From: Spirochaetaceae bacterium
GTDB lineage: Bacteria > Spirochaetota > Spirochaetia > DSM-2461
DNA: 64,000 bases
Assembly (NCBI GenBank): GCA_051531975.1
Contig: JAOPTT010000014.1
Span: 1-64,000, forward strand
Direction: 5' to 3'
Shown: one piece after another, positions 46,316-56,809 of the stretch
Position numbering within the stretch: the first letter of the stretch is position 1
Layout of the letters: each line of letters opens with the position of its first letter
The notes under the pieces: generated by a model
Seen by the model: the letters and a program-made list of their open reading frames with translations, nothing else
Databases searched by the model: none
Told to the model about the DNA's origin: nothing
Translations under genes and position numbers: made by a program

Positions 46316-48580
46316 TTGAGTTATTTATCAAAAAAGTCAAATCAATATCTACTTTTATCAATTTTGATTTGGAGTATAATTATAACTATATCAACAATTA
46401 CTCAGAATATTTCAACAAAACAGACAATTATAGATATAGCTGAGAACCAGACAAGAGTAGCATATGAGAAAGATGTTCTTTACAGAAAATGGGCAAGTTC
46501 TCATGGTGGTGTATATGTTCCAGTTACAGAGCTAACACAACCAAACCCAGGATTATCACATATTCCTGAAAGAGACATACAAACACCATCAGGTATTAAA
46601 TTAACACTGGTTAATCCAGCATATATGACCCGCCAGGTTCATGAAATGGGAGCAGATATATACCAATTTAAAGGGCGTATTACAAGCTTGAACCCAATAA
46701 ATATAATTAATACCCCAGATGAGTGGGAATCAAAAGCATTAAGATTATTCGAGACAGGAGTTACTGAAGTAACAGAAGTTGTAGAAGAAGATGGAGTTAA
46801 AATACTAAAGTATATGAATGCTCTTGTCACAGAAGAGAGTTGCCTGAAGTGTCATGCAATCCAAGGGTATAAAGTTGGAGAAATTCGAGGTGGACTTGGG
46901 GTAAGTTTATCTTTAAAAGAACTTGAAGATTCTTTTAAAGATACAATAAGATTTGAATACATTACCCATTTTACAATTTGGTTTATAGGCCTGATAACTA
47001 TACTATTTATATCTAGAATACTAAAAAAAAGAATACGAGAACAAAAAGAATATATTAAAAAACTTGCTTTATCAAAGAGCCATGAAGAGAAAGAGAAACA
47101 GTCTTTATCTATAACCCTAGGGAGCATTGGGGAAGGTGTTATCACAACCGATATGAATGGTGTTGTAACTAGAATGAACAATATTGCTCAAGAATTAACA
47201 GGTTGGAATCTATTAGATGCAAGAAATAGAGAGATCTCTACTGTTTTTAAAATAACTGATGTTCATGATTCTAATCAAAATATTCCTATTAGAGATATGG
47301 TTTTAAAAAGCAATACACCGATAAAACAGAACTACTATTTAACATGTCGAAGTAATAATAATAAATTTTTAATACACAATACAGGCTCAAAAATAATAGG
47401 AGAGGATAAAAAAGAACTGGGAATAGTTTTAGTTTTTCGGGATAAAACAGCTGACCAGCAGATTCAAGAAAAGCTTATTCAGAGCCAAAACCTAGATGCA
47501 ATTGGTCAACTATCAAATGGAATATCCCATAATTTTAATAATATGATTAGTGGAATAATCGGAGGAACAGAACTTTTACAGCTTCATTTAGTTGAGGATG
47601 AAAAGAGTCAAAAATATCTTTCTCTAATTAAGGAAGCATGTTTAAGAGCATCGGATTTAACAACAAAGCTTATCTCTTTTTCAAAATCACAAAAAATAGA
47701 TCTTAAACCATTAGATGTTCATAACACTATAGATGCAGCTATTTCATTATTAGATAATACAATTGATAAATCCATTAAAATTGATGCCCAATTAAATGCT
47801 AAAAAAAGTACTATAATTGGAGACTTAACTCAACTACAAAATGTATTTATAAACCTGGGGATTAATTCTTATCATGCTATGCCTAATGGTGGTAAATTAT
47901 CTTTTATAACAAAAAATGTCATTTTAAATGAAGCTGGGAAATTAGAACAGGAGTTTATAGAAATAGAGGTTACAGATGATGGTTCAGGTATTCCTGTAAA
48001 TATTTTATCTAATATTTTTAACCCATTTTTTACAACAAAAGAGCAAGGGAAAGGATCAGGTTTAGGTTTATCGGTTATATACGGAACTGTGGAAAAACTT
48101 AAAGGTTCTATTCGTGTTAATAGTGTAGAAAATGATGGAACAACATTTACACTTCTGTTTCCAGTGAGCCAAGAACCTATTAAATATAAAAAAAATAAGA
48201 CACTCTTTAATTATCATGGGAAAGGACATATTCTTTTAGTAGATGATGAAGAAATTTTAAGAACTCTAGGGAAAGATATATTAGAAAACTTAGGATTTCA
48301 GGTAGTTTTAGCAATTAATGGGAAAGATGCTCTAGAGAAATTCAAAACCGCTAAAAGTCCATTTAATCTAATAATTTTAGACATGATGATGCCAATTATG
48401 AATGGTAGAGAGTGTTTAAAAAACATAAGAAAATTGGATACAAAGATTCCAGTTATAATATCTTCTGGTTTTAGTAATGAAGAAGATATAGAAGAGATAA
48501 AAAAAATGGGTTGTGAAGGTATATTATCAAAACCTTTTAGTATTTCTAAGATGAGTAAAATAATATCAGAATTAATATAA
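46316..48580 (+). CDS. Hybrid sensor kinase: c-type-heme DUF3365-like sensor, PAS, HisKA/HATPase, receiver
   Basis: NPAYMTRQ, CLKCH, PAS (VITTD..G.V..MN..A..LTGW), HNFNN, GSGLGL, LLVDDE, LDMMMP, KPF. Confidence 0.9.
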   Translation: MSYLSKKSNQYLLLSILIWSIIITISTITQNISTKQTIIDIAENQTRVAYEKDVLYRKWASSHGGVYVPVTELTQPNPGLSHIPERDIQTPSGIKLTLVNPAYMTRQVHEMGADIYQFKGRITSLNPINIINTPDEWESKALRLFETGVTEVTEVVEEDGVKILKYMNALVTEESCLKCHAIQGYKVGEIRGGLGVSLSLKELEDSFKDTIRFEYITHFTIWFIGLITILFISRILKKRIREQKEYIKKLALSKSHEEKEKQSLSITLGSIGEGVITTDMNGVVTRMNNIAQELTGWNLLDARNREISTVFKITDVHDSNQNIPIRDMVLKSNTPIKQNYYLTCRSNNNKFLIHNTGSKIIGEDKKELGIVLVFRDKTADQQIQEKLIQSQNLDAIGQLSNGISHNFNNMISGIIGGTELLQLHLVEDEKSQKYLSLIKEACLRASDLTTKLISFSKSQKIDLKPLDVHNTIDAAISLLDNTIDKSIKIDAQLNAKKSTIIGDLTQLQNVFINLGINSYHAMPNGGKLSFITKNVILNEAGKLEQEFIEIEVTDDGSGIPVNILSNIFNPFFTTKEQGKGSGLGLSVIYGTVEKLKGSIRVNSVENDGTTFTLLFPVSQEPIKYKKNKTLFNYHGKGHILLVDDEEILRTLGKDILENLGFQVVLAINGKDALEKFKTAKSPFNLIILDMMMPIMNGRECLKNIRKLDTKIPVIISSGFSNEEDIEEIKKMGCEGILSKPFSISKMSKIISELI

Positions 48581-48645
48581 TTAAAAACTATATTTATCAG
48601 CCCCCTGTTGGTATCAACCTCCAGGAGACTTTAATATAATTAGTA

Positions 48646-49806
48646 TCATTTACCCTTTAACAGTGCTGCAAATGGGTTATATGTATCAGTATCATCATCT
48701 GTATCAAAGTACTTCTTATTATTTTCATACTCTTCGTCGGAAGCTACCTCTTTTAATGAGATTCTTCTCTCTTTAGTATCAATACTTCTAACTAAAACTG
48801 ATATTTTCTGACCAATCTTTAAGTTATCACCAGACTCTTTATCCCTAGAATCACCTTTAAAATCAGATATATGGATAAGACCATCTAATCCTGATTCAAG
48901 TGTAACAAATACTCCAAAGGCTGCAATTCTGGAAACGACTCCATTATGTTTACTATCTTCTTTGTATTTTTTCCCAGCACCATTCCACGGATCTTTAATT
49001 AGGTTTTTCATACTTACAGAAATTTTGTTATTATCCCAATCTAGATTTAATAATGAAGCCTCTACTTCCTGACCAACAGTAAGATATTTTGATATATCAT
49101 CAACTCTACTTCTGCTAATTTCAGATATAGGTAAAAGTGCTCTTAATCCTCTAACATCTACAAAAGCACCAAACTTCTCTAAAGAGGTAATTTTAGCAGT
49201 AACAACCATACCTACTTCTAATTCTTTTTTAAGATCTTCAATTTTATCCTGTCTCTCTTCTTCTAAAAGAACTCTGCTAGAAACTAAGATATTCCGGCCA
49301 CCCTCTGAGTATTCAATAATTTTAAATTTATGTTTAGTACCGACATACTGGGCAGAATCTTCTACTTTTTTAAGGCCAATCTGAGAGAATGGGCAAAATG
49401 CTCTAGTTTCACCAATTTTAATGTCATATCCACCTTTAATTACGGCACTTACAGTTCCTTCAACAGGTATTCCACCCTCATAAGCACCTTTAAGGGCTTC
49501 TTTTCCAGCTTTATTACCAGCAATTTTAGTCGTAAATAACATATCACCGTGTGAAGCTGAGGTAAAATATGCTCTTATTGTCTCACCCTCTTTTACAGTA
49601 ATTTCACCATCTTTATCTAGTAGTTCTTCACCATCTATTTGACCTTCACTTTTACCATCTAACTGAATAAATACACATCCACCAGAGATGGATACAATTT
49701 CAGCCTCTACAACTTGACCAGGTACAAATGATTTAATATCTTTAAAACTATCTTCAAACAGGGATGCAAAATCCTCTTCTTTATCATCGAATGTATTTAA
49801 TGCCAT
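48646..49806 (-). CDS. S1 RNA-binding domain protein (short RpsA-like, about four S1 repeats)
   Basis: GKSEG, AFCPFSQI, FGAFVD, ALLPISEIS, FGVFV.L..GLDGLIHIS. Confidence 0.88.
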   Translation of the reverse strand: MALNTFDDKEEDFASLFEDSFKDIKSFVPGQVVEAEIVSISGGCVFIQLDGKSEGQIDGEELLDKDGEITVKEGETIRAYFTSASHGDMLFTTKIAGNKAGKEALKGAYEGGIPVEGTVSAVIKGGYDIKIGETRAFCPFSQIGLKKVEDSAQYVGTKHKFKIIEYSEGGRNILVSSRVLLEEERQDKIEDLKKELEVGMVVTAKITSLEKFGAFVDVRGLRALLPISEISRSRVDDISKYLTVGQEVEASLLNLDWDNNKISVSMKNLIKDPWNGAGKKYKEDSKHNGVVSRIAAFGVFVTLESGLDGLIHISDFKGDSRDKESGDNLKIGQKISVLVRSIDTKERRISLKEVASDEEYENNKKYFDTDDDTDTYNPFAALLKGK

Positions 49807-49999
49807 ATATTTTAATATCTCCTATACAATTTAATATTTCTTTATATAGTATAATTTTAGTCCATATTAAGCAAATATTCAGAACTAAAATTTTATCATA
49901 TAAATGTATAATACTAGATATAACACACTATTGATAACCCCTACTATTAACTTATGACCTAAATTGCATTATACTTAAGTAATATATAAGGAGCTAAAT

Positions 50000-50419
50000 A
50001 TGAAAAATAAGCTTATTTTATTAATCGGAATATTATTTTTAGCGAATATAATGATAGTTTCAGAAACTGTAGATGTAGAGTGGTTATCTGGTTATACAGA
50101 AGCTAAAAAGGCTGCAGTAGAGCAGAATAAAAATATATTTGTTTTAATCACAGCACCATCATGGTGTCATTGGTGTAAACTACTTGAAAATAATGTACTT
50201 TCTAAAGATCAGTTAAAAGATACCTTAAACAGTGATTTTATACCTCTTAAACTATTAGATGTTGTAGATGGTGTTAGAAATCCACAACTTAACTTTTTTG
50301 AATTTAGAGGTTTTCCAACAGTTAGGATTTACGATCCAAATGGTAAATTTCTTGAGAATGTATACTCCCAAGATCTCCAAGAGACATTAAAAAACTTAAA
50401 AAAGTATGCGAATATATAA
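50000..50419 (+). CDS. Exported thioredoxin-fold protein
   Basis: Signal peptide, WCHWC, GFPT cis-Pro motif. Confidence 0.85.
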   Translation: MKNKLILLIGILFLANIMIVSETVDVEWLSGYTEAKKAAVEQNKNIFVLITAPSWCHWCKLLENNVLSKDQLKDTLNSDFIPLKLLDVVDGVRNPQLNFFEFRGFPTVRIYDPNGKFLENVYSQDLQETLKNLKKYANI

Positions 50420-52567
50420 AAAATATTCAACAAGTAACATCTTATAATACCTGAAACGTGAGACTCTATCTTTAATAATTGTTCTTGTCTGATCTAGGTA
50501 TAATATAAAAGAGTTTAGCTCTTTATCACCAATAAGTTTATTAAAGTAAAGAACCTTTTCTAGATTGGGAATAAGATCTAGTAGCTCTATCTCAGAACTA
50601 TTAAATTTAAATGAATCTATTCTTTTAGCATACTCTCTATATGTCTCTCCAATTCTAATTTTACTATCCTTGTAATTATAGTAGTATTTAATTGTATCAA
50701 AGACCCTCAGCATCTTCCCAGTTTCCGTTAAACTTAATACATATTTTCTTTTTCTAATAAACAGATATAAAATATAAAACAGAACTAACAGTGGTAAATA
50801 TATAAGATACTTACCAATATATATTTTTTTCTCAGAATTAACTTTATTCTTGGAATTTTCTGATAAATATTCATTTTCTAAAAGTTCTATCTGTTCTAGA
50901 GCCAAATAATTTCTTCCAGGTGTTGGTTCAAACATTATCCAACCTATTTCTGGGAAGTAAACTTCAGGCCATGTATGGGCATCTGAATCATATACTGAGG
51001 CATAACCATCGGATCGATATGTATAATTTGAGGTGTCTACAACTGGTGGTTCAAATGGATTTACATAAAATCCAGAAACATATCTAGATGGAATATCTAA
51101 GGATCTAGTTAATAGAATAAATGCTGAAGCAAAATGCTGACAAAATCCCTCTTTGTTATTAAACAAGAAATTTAGTATTGGATCGACACCCTGTTTTAAC
51201 TCTTCAGTTTTTGTATTGTAGGTATAATTAGCCCTAAGAAACCTCTCAATTGCTAAAGCCTGATCATATTTGTTATCTATACCTTCAGTAATATTTTTTG
51301 CCAGATCTTTAATAAGATCAAAATTCTCTGGTATTTTTGTATATAGCTCTAATACAACAAAAACATCTTCTTTACTTAACTCTCTAGTAAGGTTACTAAA
51401 ATCTACCCCCCCATAATTTGGAAGTATACTTGTAAACTGATATTCAATTCCCTTTAGGATCACATTATCAGAAAAGTAAACACCTCTATTTGGATCATAA
51501 AGAGGAGTTTGATCGGTCTTAAATGTTGATTGTACAATACCATATGTATTAGTAAAAAAGATATTTGTATTAATATTTTTATATATGATACTAGTATCTT
51601 CTAAGGTGTAATATCTATTATATTCAAGGTTATTTATTGAACTTACATTCTGTATATAGTGATTATTTATTTCATTTGTATCCAATTTTAAAATTTTCAT
51701 CCAGTTACCATCTGTATAAACCTCAAAAACATCAGCTTTTAAATAACGAGTATTATTGGTTTTAACTTTTAAAACTTCAATGTTTAAGAATTCTGCTTGG
51801 AAATCGATTGAAGATATATCGCTATTATAATATGAGAGTTTATCTGGTTTGAAGACCTGACTATTATTAGAATTAAACCCTAATACATTAATACTAAAAA
51901 CTTTAGATAATGGATTTGGGTTAATCAAATTAAACATATTAGATAAAGTAAAAACTATAAATATTGTTCCAACACAAATCAAGATATATGGATTAAAAGT
52001 TCTATTTCTATAATTACTTTTCTGATGGAAGATATAAAAATAGTAGATAATTATGGTACATATTAGAACAATAAATGCTTTGTGGTCAGAATTATTCCCC
52101 ATAGATTCAGAAACTATTCCAGCAATTAAAAGTAGTATACTTATGGCAATAATATAAAAATTACTAATTTTTTTATTAGATATTAGAAATTTTAATAACC
52201 ACATAACAGAAATACCAATAAAAAGAATAACAACAAGCTGGTGTCTTAAATCTATACCTAAGGTCTCAACAGTTAATATTAGATAATAGCCCTTTATAAA
52301 TTCACTAATTTTAAGTAGGAGAATATTCAATTTATTATGATATTGCAGATAAGATGCAAATGAAGCTAGGCTAATTGTAATAACCGATAAAAATAACAAA
52401 AACCGTTTTAATGATTTTAAAACCAAAGAATTAAATACAAAACAAAGTATAGATAAAATACCTACCTGTAAAGCTGAAAAGTCGTAACCCATAAATTCAG
52501 TAATAATAAAGATGAGACTAAACCCATATAAAAGTAGGATCATTAGGCTCTCTCCATAATACAACAC
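50396..52567 (-). CDS. Membrane transglutaminase-like domain protein (TgpA-like)
   Basis: N-terminal TM helices; GFCQHFASA, SRYVSGF, HTWPEVYFP..GW..FEPTP. Confidence 0.88.
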   Translation of the reverse strand: MLYYGESLMILLLYGFSLIFIITEFMGYDFSALQVGILSILCFVFNSLVLKSLKRFLLFLSVITISLASFASYLQYHNKLNILLLKISEFIKGYYLILTVETLGIDLRHQLVVILFIGISVMWLLKFLISNKKISNFYIIAISILLLIAGIVSESMGNNSDHKAFIVLICTIIIYYFYIFHQKSNYRNRTFNPYILICVGTIFIVFTLSNMFNLINPNPLSKVFSINVLGFNSNNSQVFKPDKLSYYNSDISSIDFQAEFLNIEVLKVKTNNTRYLKADVFEVYTDGNWMKILKLDTNEINNHYIQNVSSINNLEYNRYYTLEDTSIIYKNINTNIFFTNTYGIVQSTFKTDQTPLYDPNRGVYFSDNVILKGIEYQFTSILPNYGGVDFSNLTRELSKEDVFVVLELYTKIPENFDLIKDLAKNITEGIDNKYDQALAIERFLRANYTYNTKTEELKQGVDPILNFLFNNKEGFCQHFASAFILLTRSLDIPSRYVSGFYVNPFEPPVVDTSNYTYRSDGYASVYDSDAHTWPEVYFPEIGWIMFEPTPGRNYLALEQIELLENEYLSENSKNKVNSEKKIYIGKYLIYLPLLVLFYILYLFIRKRKYVLSLTETGKMLRVFDTIKYYYNYKDSKIRIGETYREYAKRIDSFKFNSSEIELLDLIPNLEKVLYFNKLIGDKELNSFILYLDQTRTIIKDRVSRFRYYKMLLVEYFLYIRILF

Positions 52568-53610
52568 TCACTAATGAAAGAACAATTGTAGACCTTTATA
52601 CCTTGGTCTATTAGATCATACAAATTAAAATCTCTATTGTTTTCAGTTTTGGGTGTAATAATATTAATTTCAAATCCCTGCTTTTGCTTTAAAATTAGTA
52701 AGCTATGTAATTCAGAAGTTATATTGGTGGTAAATAAAATCAATACAGATTTATCAGACAGAACTCGGCTAGAATTCTCAATAAGTTTTCTAAATTCATC
52801 ATCTTCATGTTCAAACCTAATATGGGCAAGGGATTTATAAAGTTTGTAAAAATCCAATACAATCTCACCATAGATCCGCTCTTTAGTATAATTATTCCAC
52901 AAAAGTTCAACTTTATTACTGTTATCTAATAGATGTTTACAAATTGTTGTCGCACTTTCTATAATATTATCTTCTATAAATAGACGATTCTCATCTTTAA
53001 TTTGGCAATTATCTATAAAGATTTTTATCTCATGATTTTTATCCCCCTGATATACCTTCGTTATAAAATCACCCTTTGATGCGCTTAATTTCCAATGTAT
53101 TCTACTAAATGAATCTCCAGATTGATACTCTCTAATATCAGAAAAAAGGCTCTGCTGGTTTTTATCAAAGCTCAAAACAGATTCAGATGTTTCTTTTGTT
53201 TTATGGTTAAAATGAAATGACTTTAGGTTATAGATCTTTGGAAAGACTAATACTTTATGAAACTCAACTTCTTGATAGTTAAAATTAAAGAGTCCTAAAA
53301 AACCAATGATTTCTATTTTACTGATACCTATGTTATAACTTCCACGGTGTTTTAACTCTACACATCGTTCTATCTTTTCTGATGAATTTGGATATAAAAT
53401 AAGACTATTTGTAGTGCCATCTTCATAATGTAAAGTCATTGGACATAAAACTAAAAGACCTGGATTAGTTAAAGATACTCTGTAAATTACACTATCGCCT
53501 TTAGTAATGGTATTTTTATTAATAGAGTGTGAAAGACGAAACGAACTATTTGTAATACTAATAAATATAATTTCAGCAATTGGAATTGTTAAAATTATAT
53601 AAAATAACAT
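52543..53610 (-). CDS. DUF58 domain protein (true start possibly further upstream)
   Basis: IREYQSGD...RIHWKLSA; lies between MoxR and transglutaminase. Confidence 0.88.
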   Translation of the reverse strand: MLFYIILTIPIAEIIFISITNSSFRLSHSINKNTITKGDSVIYRVSLTNPGLLVLCPMTLHYEDGTTNSLILYPNSSEKIERCVELKHRGSYNIGISKIEIIGFLGLFNFNYQEVEFHKVLVFPKIYNLKSFHFNHKTKETSESVLSFDKNQQSLFSDIREYQSGDSFSRIHWKLSASKGDFITKVYQGDKNHEIKIFIDNCQIKDENRLFIEDNIIESATTICKHLLDNSNKVELLWNNYTKERIYGEIVLDFYKLYKSLAHIRFEHEDDEFRKLIENSSRVLSDKSVLILFTTNITSELHSLLILKQKQGFEINIITPKTENNRDFNLYDLIDQGIKVYNCSFISECCIMERA

Positions 53611-53698
53611 AGAAGTTACATAACTAGGTCTAATTCTTAAAAGAATAATGGAAAGGAACAGTGAGATAAAATATACTAATAAATTTTTCTTACTAAAT

Positions 53699-54640
53699 TT
53701 ACCCAGGAATACCTACCCTTTTCAGAATATCAGTAAGTATACTATTGCTAGTTATATTTTCGTACTTAGCTTCAGATTTAACCGATACTCTATGTGAGCA
53801 CACATGAATAAAGATATATTTAACATCGTCTGGAATTACGAAGTCTCTGCCCTGATAAAAAGCCCATGCTTTGGAAACTTTAGCTAACCATAATGTTGCT
53901 CTTGGACTTAATCCAAGAAGTAGATCTTTATTAGTTCTTGTAGCAGCAACCAGGTTTACAATATAATCCATTACATTTTCTGCTATTAATATATTGTTTA
54001 CTAGATTTTTTACTTCCTCTATCTCTTTCGGTGTTGCCATAGACTTAAGAGTATCTAGAGGGTTTGTAGATCCAAAACGTCTAATAATCTCTTTTTCATT
54101 ATCCTTTGTTGGGTAACCAATCTTAATTTTTAATAAAAACCTGTCTAACTGAGCTTCTGGTAGTGGGTAAGTTCCAAGATACTCTATTGGATTTTGTGTA
54201 GCAATTACAAGAAAAGGAGATGGTAGAGTATGTCGAATACCATCAACTGTTACAAATCTCTCTTCCATAGCTTCTAATAACCCAGATTGAGTTTTTGGAG
54301 GAGTTCTATTAATCTCATCTGCTAAAAAAAGGTTTGCCATTATAGCACCCTCTTTATACTCAAACTCTTGGGTTTTTGGATTGTACATTGTGAAGCCAGT
54401 TATATCTGTCGGCATAACATCTGGAGTACAGGATATTCTTTTAAAATTACCACCAATTGTTTTTGATAACGCAAGAGCAAGAGTTGTTTTGCCTGTTCCA
54501 GGAACATCTTCTATCAAAATATGCCCCTCGCATATTAGTGCCATACACATAAGCTCGATAGGCTCTTTGTCCCCTACCATTACCTTCTGTATATTTTCTA
54601 TTATCTGGTTAATTATTACATTTCCAGCTGTTAAATCCAT
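53699..54640 (-). CDS. moxR: MoxR family AAA+ ATPase
   Basis: EDVPGTGKT, LADEINRTPPKTQSGLLEAM, ATQNPIE..GTYPLPEAQLDRF; start ATG 54640. Confidence 0.92.
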   Translation of the reverse strand: MDLTAGNVIINQIIENIQKVMVGDKEPIELMCMALICEGHILIEDVPGTGKTTLALALSKTIGGNFKRISCTPDVMPTDITGFTMYNPKTQEFEYKEGAIMANLFLADEINRTPPKTQSGLLEAMEERFVTVDGIRHTLPSPFLVIATQNPIEYLGTYPLPEAQLDRFLLKIKIGYPTKDNEKEIIRRFGSTNPLDTLKSMATPKEIEEVKNLVNNILIAENVMDYIVNLVAATRTNKDLLLGLSPRATLWLAKVSKAWAFYQGRDFVIPDDVKYIFIHVCSHRVSVKSEAKYENITSNSILTDILKRVGIPG

Positions 54641-54699
54641 ATTACCTACTCCTAGTAAAAAAAGTATATAATGATTTTTACTAGAAGTAGAGACAAAAA

Positions 54700-55296
54700 T
54701 TATTTTAAAAGTATAATTGCCGATAGACAGCACATAAATCCCATAAAATAGTTAAATATTTTTAAGTATCTACGGTTTTTAAGTATCCTCTTTAATATTG
54801 TTCCAAATCCAGCCCATATAGATATAGAACTGACCCCAAAAAGTAAAAATATTACTAATATATAAACTACGGACTTATAAAATAGTCTACCTTCTAAAGA
54901 ATAAACTGTTATTGCAGTTATACACATTATAATAGCCTTTGGATTTAGTGCCTGAAATAACATTGCTTGGAAAAAATTTAGAGGTTTCGAGACCTTATCA
55001 CTATTTTTTACACCTGCTGAAAAAGCTATTTTATAAGCTAAAAACATCATATAAACTATTCCTATATATTTAAGTACATTTTGAATATTAGGAAACATAT
55101 TAAATAGTTTACTAAGACCAACAGCACTTAAAATATTCATAAATGCTATACCTGTTACAATGCCTAAAATATGTGGAATTGTCTTAATAAAACCAAAATT
55201 AGCTCCAGAAGCTGTTAACATTATGTTGTTAGGTCCTGGAGTTATACTCATACTTACTGCAAAAATAATAACTGGTAAAATAAAATCTAAACTCAT
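54700..55296 (-). CDS. LysE family amino acid exporter
   Basis: SITPGPNNIML..SG.NFG, FQALNPK. Confidence 0.92.
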   Translation of the reverse strand: MSLDFILPVIIFAVSMSITPGPNNIMLTASGANFGFIKTIPHILGIVTGIAFMNILSAVGLSKLFNMFPNIQNVLKYIGIVYMMFLAYKIAFSAGVKNSDKVSKPLNFFQAMLFQALNPKAIIMCITAITVYSLEGRLFYKSVVYILVIFLLFGVSSISIWAGFGTILKRILKNRRYLKIFNYFMGFMCCLSAIILLK

Positions 55297-55342
55297 ATTA
55301 AACTCCTTGTATCTTAAGAGTAATTCAGTGATAAAATAGATG

Positions 55343-55379
55343 ACAGATACAGATTATTGATATTTTTTACATAACAGAT
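55343..55379. promoter_or_regulatory. ACAGAT repeats, candidate MocR-family binding sites
   Basis: ACAGAT at 55343, 55349 and 55374 between divergent LysE and MocR. Confidence 0.45.
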
Positions 55380-55390
55380 TATCATAAAAT

Positions 55391-56809
55391 ATGAGTTTTA
55401 AGTACGAAACAGTATATAATGATCTACATACAGCCATATTAAGTGGAGTTTTTTTACCAACAGAGAAACTACCATCTTTAAGAAAATCTTCTTTGAACTA
55501 CAATTGTGGTCTATCAGTAATTATTCAGGCATATAATAAATTAGAGTCAGTAGGGTTGATACAATCTGTGGAAAAATCTGGTTATTTAGTCTGTTCTATT
55601 AAAAATACAACTTTACCAACCCCGGAACTAGATAATCACACCCTACTTCCTAACATTTCAAAAGCAAATATTATGACTTCAGAAATTATAGATATGGCAA
55701 TGGATAAAACTATTTTACCATTTGGTGCTGCTATACCAGACGAGTCTATTTTGGAAACAAAAAAACTTACAAAATATATAAGTAGAAGAGCACAAAACAG
55801 TCCAGAAATACTTAGTGGTTATACACCTGCTGGAGGTTCAATTAACTTACGAAAAGAGATTGTAAAATATATGTTTAATAGAGGTGTTGTAATAAATATT
55901 AAGGATATTATAATTACAAATGGCTGCGCAGAGGCTTTATATATATCATTAAAATTAACTACAAAACCAGGGGATACTGTAGCAATAGAGACCCCTACCT
56001 ACTTTAGCCTAATTAGTATGTTAGAGGATTTAGGTCTAAAAGCAGTTGAAGTTCCAACAAAGGCAGATACAGGTTTAGATCTTAACTATTTAAAGAAATC
56101 TCTAAAAGCACACAAAATAAAATCTCTTATATTTTCTTCAACATTCCAGAACCCGTTATGCTCTGTTATGTCCCAGGAAGTATTAGAAGAGTTATATAAT
56201 CTGTCTATTACAAATAACTTCACTCTGATTGAAGATGATATTTACGGTGACTGTGGGTTTAATAAAACAAATTACCATCCAATTAAAGCTATAGATAAAA
56301 ACGGTAGTGTTATTTACTGTTCATCATTTTCCAAGACCCTAAGTCCAGGGCTTAGAATTGGTTGGGTTATACCAGGGTTATTATCAGATAAGTTTCGAGA
56401 GTATAAACAGTTATCATGTCTTGGGGGTCCTGCTCTGCTTCAGGAAGCTCTTGCAGACTATTTTAGAGACGGTTGTTACGACTTGCATTTAAAGTCCTTT
56501 AGAAAAAAGATATATGCTCAGACATATGGTATTAAAAAATTAACCCAGCAGTACTTCCCTGCTGGTTTTAAAATAACAAACCCTAAAGGTGGTTATTTTT
56601 TATGGATAGAGTTTCCTAAAAACCTGGACTCATATAAGTTATATTCATTAGCATACAAAAATAAAATAGGAATAGTTCCAGGTCCAGTATTTAGCATGTC
56701 TGGAAAATATAGAAACTGTATTAGGTTAAGCTGTGCTACGCCAATAACCCCAAGAATCAGTTCTGGTATTAAAAAACTTGGAGAATTGGTACAGATTTGC
56801 CTAGATTAG
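55391..56809 (+). CDS. MocR/GntR-type PLP-dependent transcriptional regulator
   Basis: wHTH (KLPSLR, QAY..LE..GLI) plus aminotransferase domain (IEDDIY, SFSKTLSPGLRIGW). Confidence 0.94.
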   Translation: MSFKYETVYNDLHTAILSGVFLPTEKLPSLRKSSLNYNCGLSVIIQAYNKLESVGLIQSVEKSGYLVCSIKNTTLPTPELDNHTLLPNISKANIMTSEIIDMAMDKTILPFGAAIPDESILETKKLTKYISRRAQNSPEILSGYTPAGGSINLRKEIVKYMFNRGVVINIKDIIITNGCAEALYISLKLTTKPGDTVAIETPTYFSLISMLEDLGLKAVEVPTKADTGLDLNYLKKSLKAHKIKSLIFSSTFQNPLCSVMSQEVLEELYNLSITNNFTLIEDDIYGDCGFNKTNYHPIKAIDKNGSVIYCSSFSKTLSPGLRIGWVIPGLLSDKFREYKQLSCLGGPALLQEALADYFRDGCYDLHLKSFRKKIYAQTYGIKKLTQQYFPAGFKITNPKGGYFLWIEFPKNLDSYKLYSLAYKNKIGIVPGPVFSMSGKYRNCIRLSCATPITPRISSGIKKLGELVQICLD

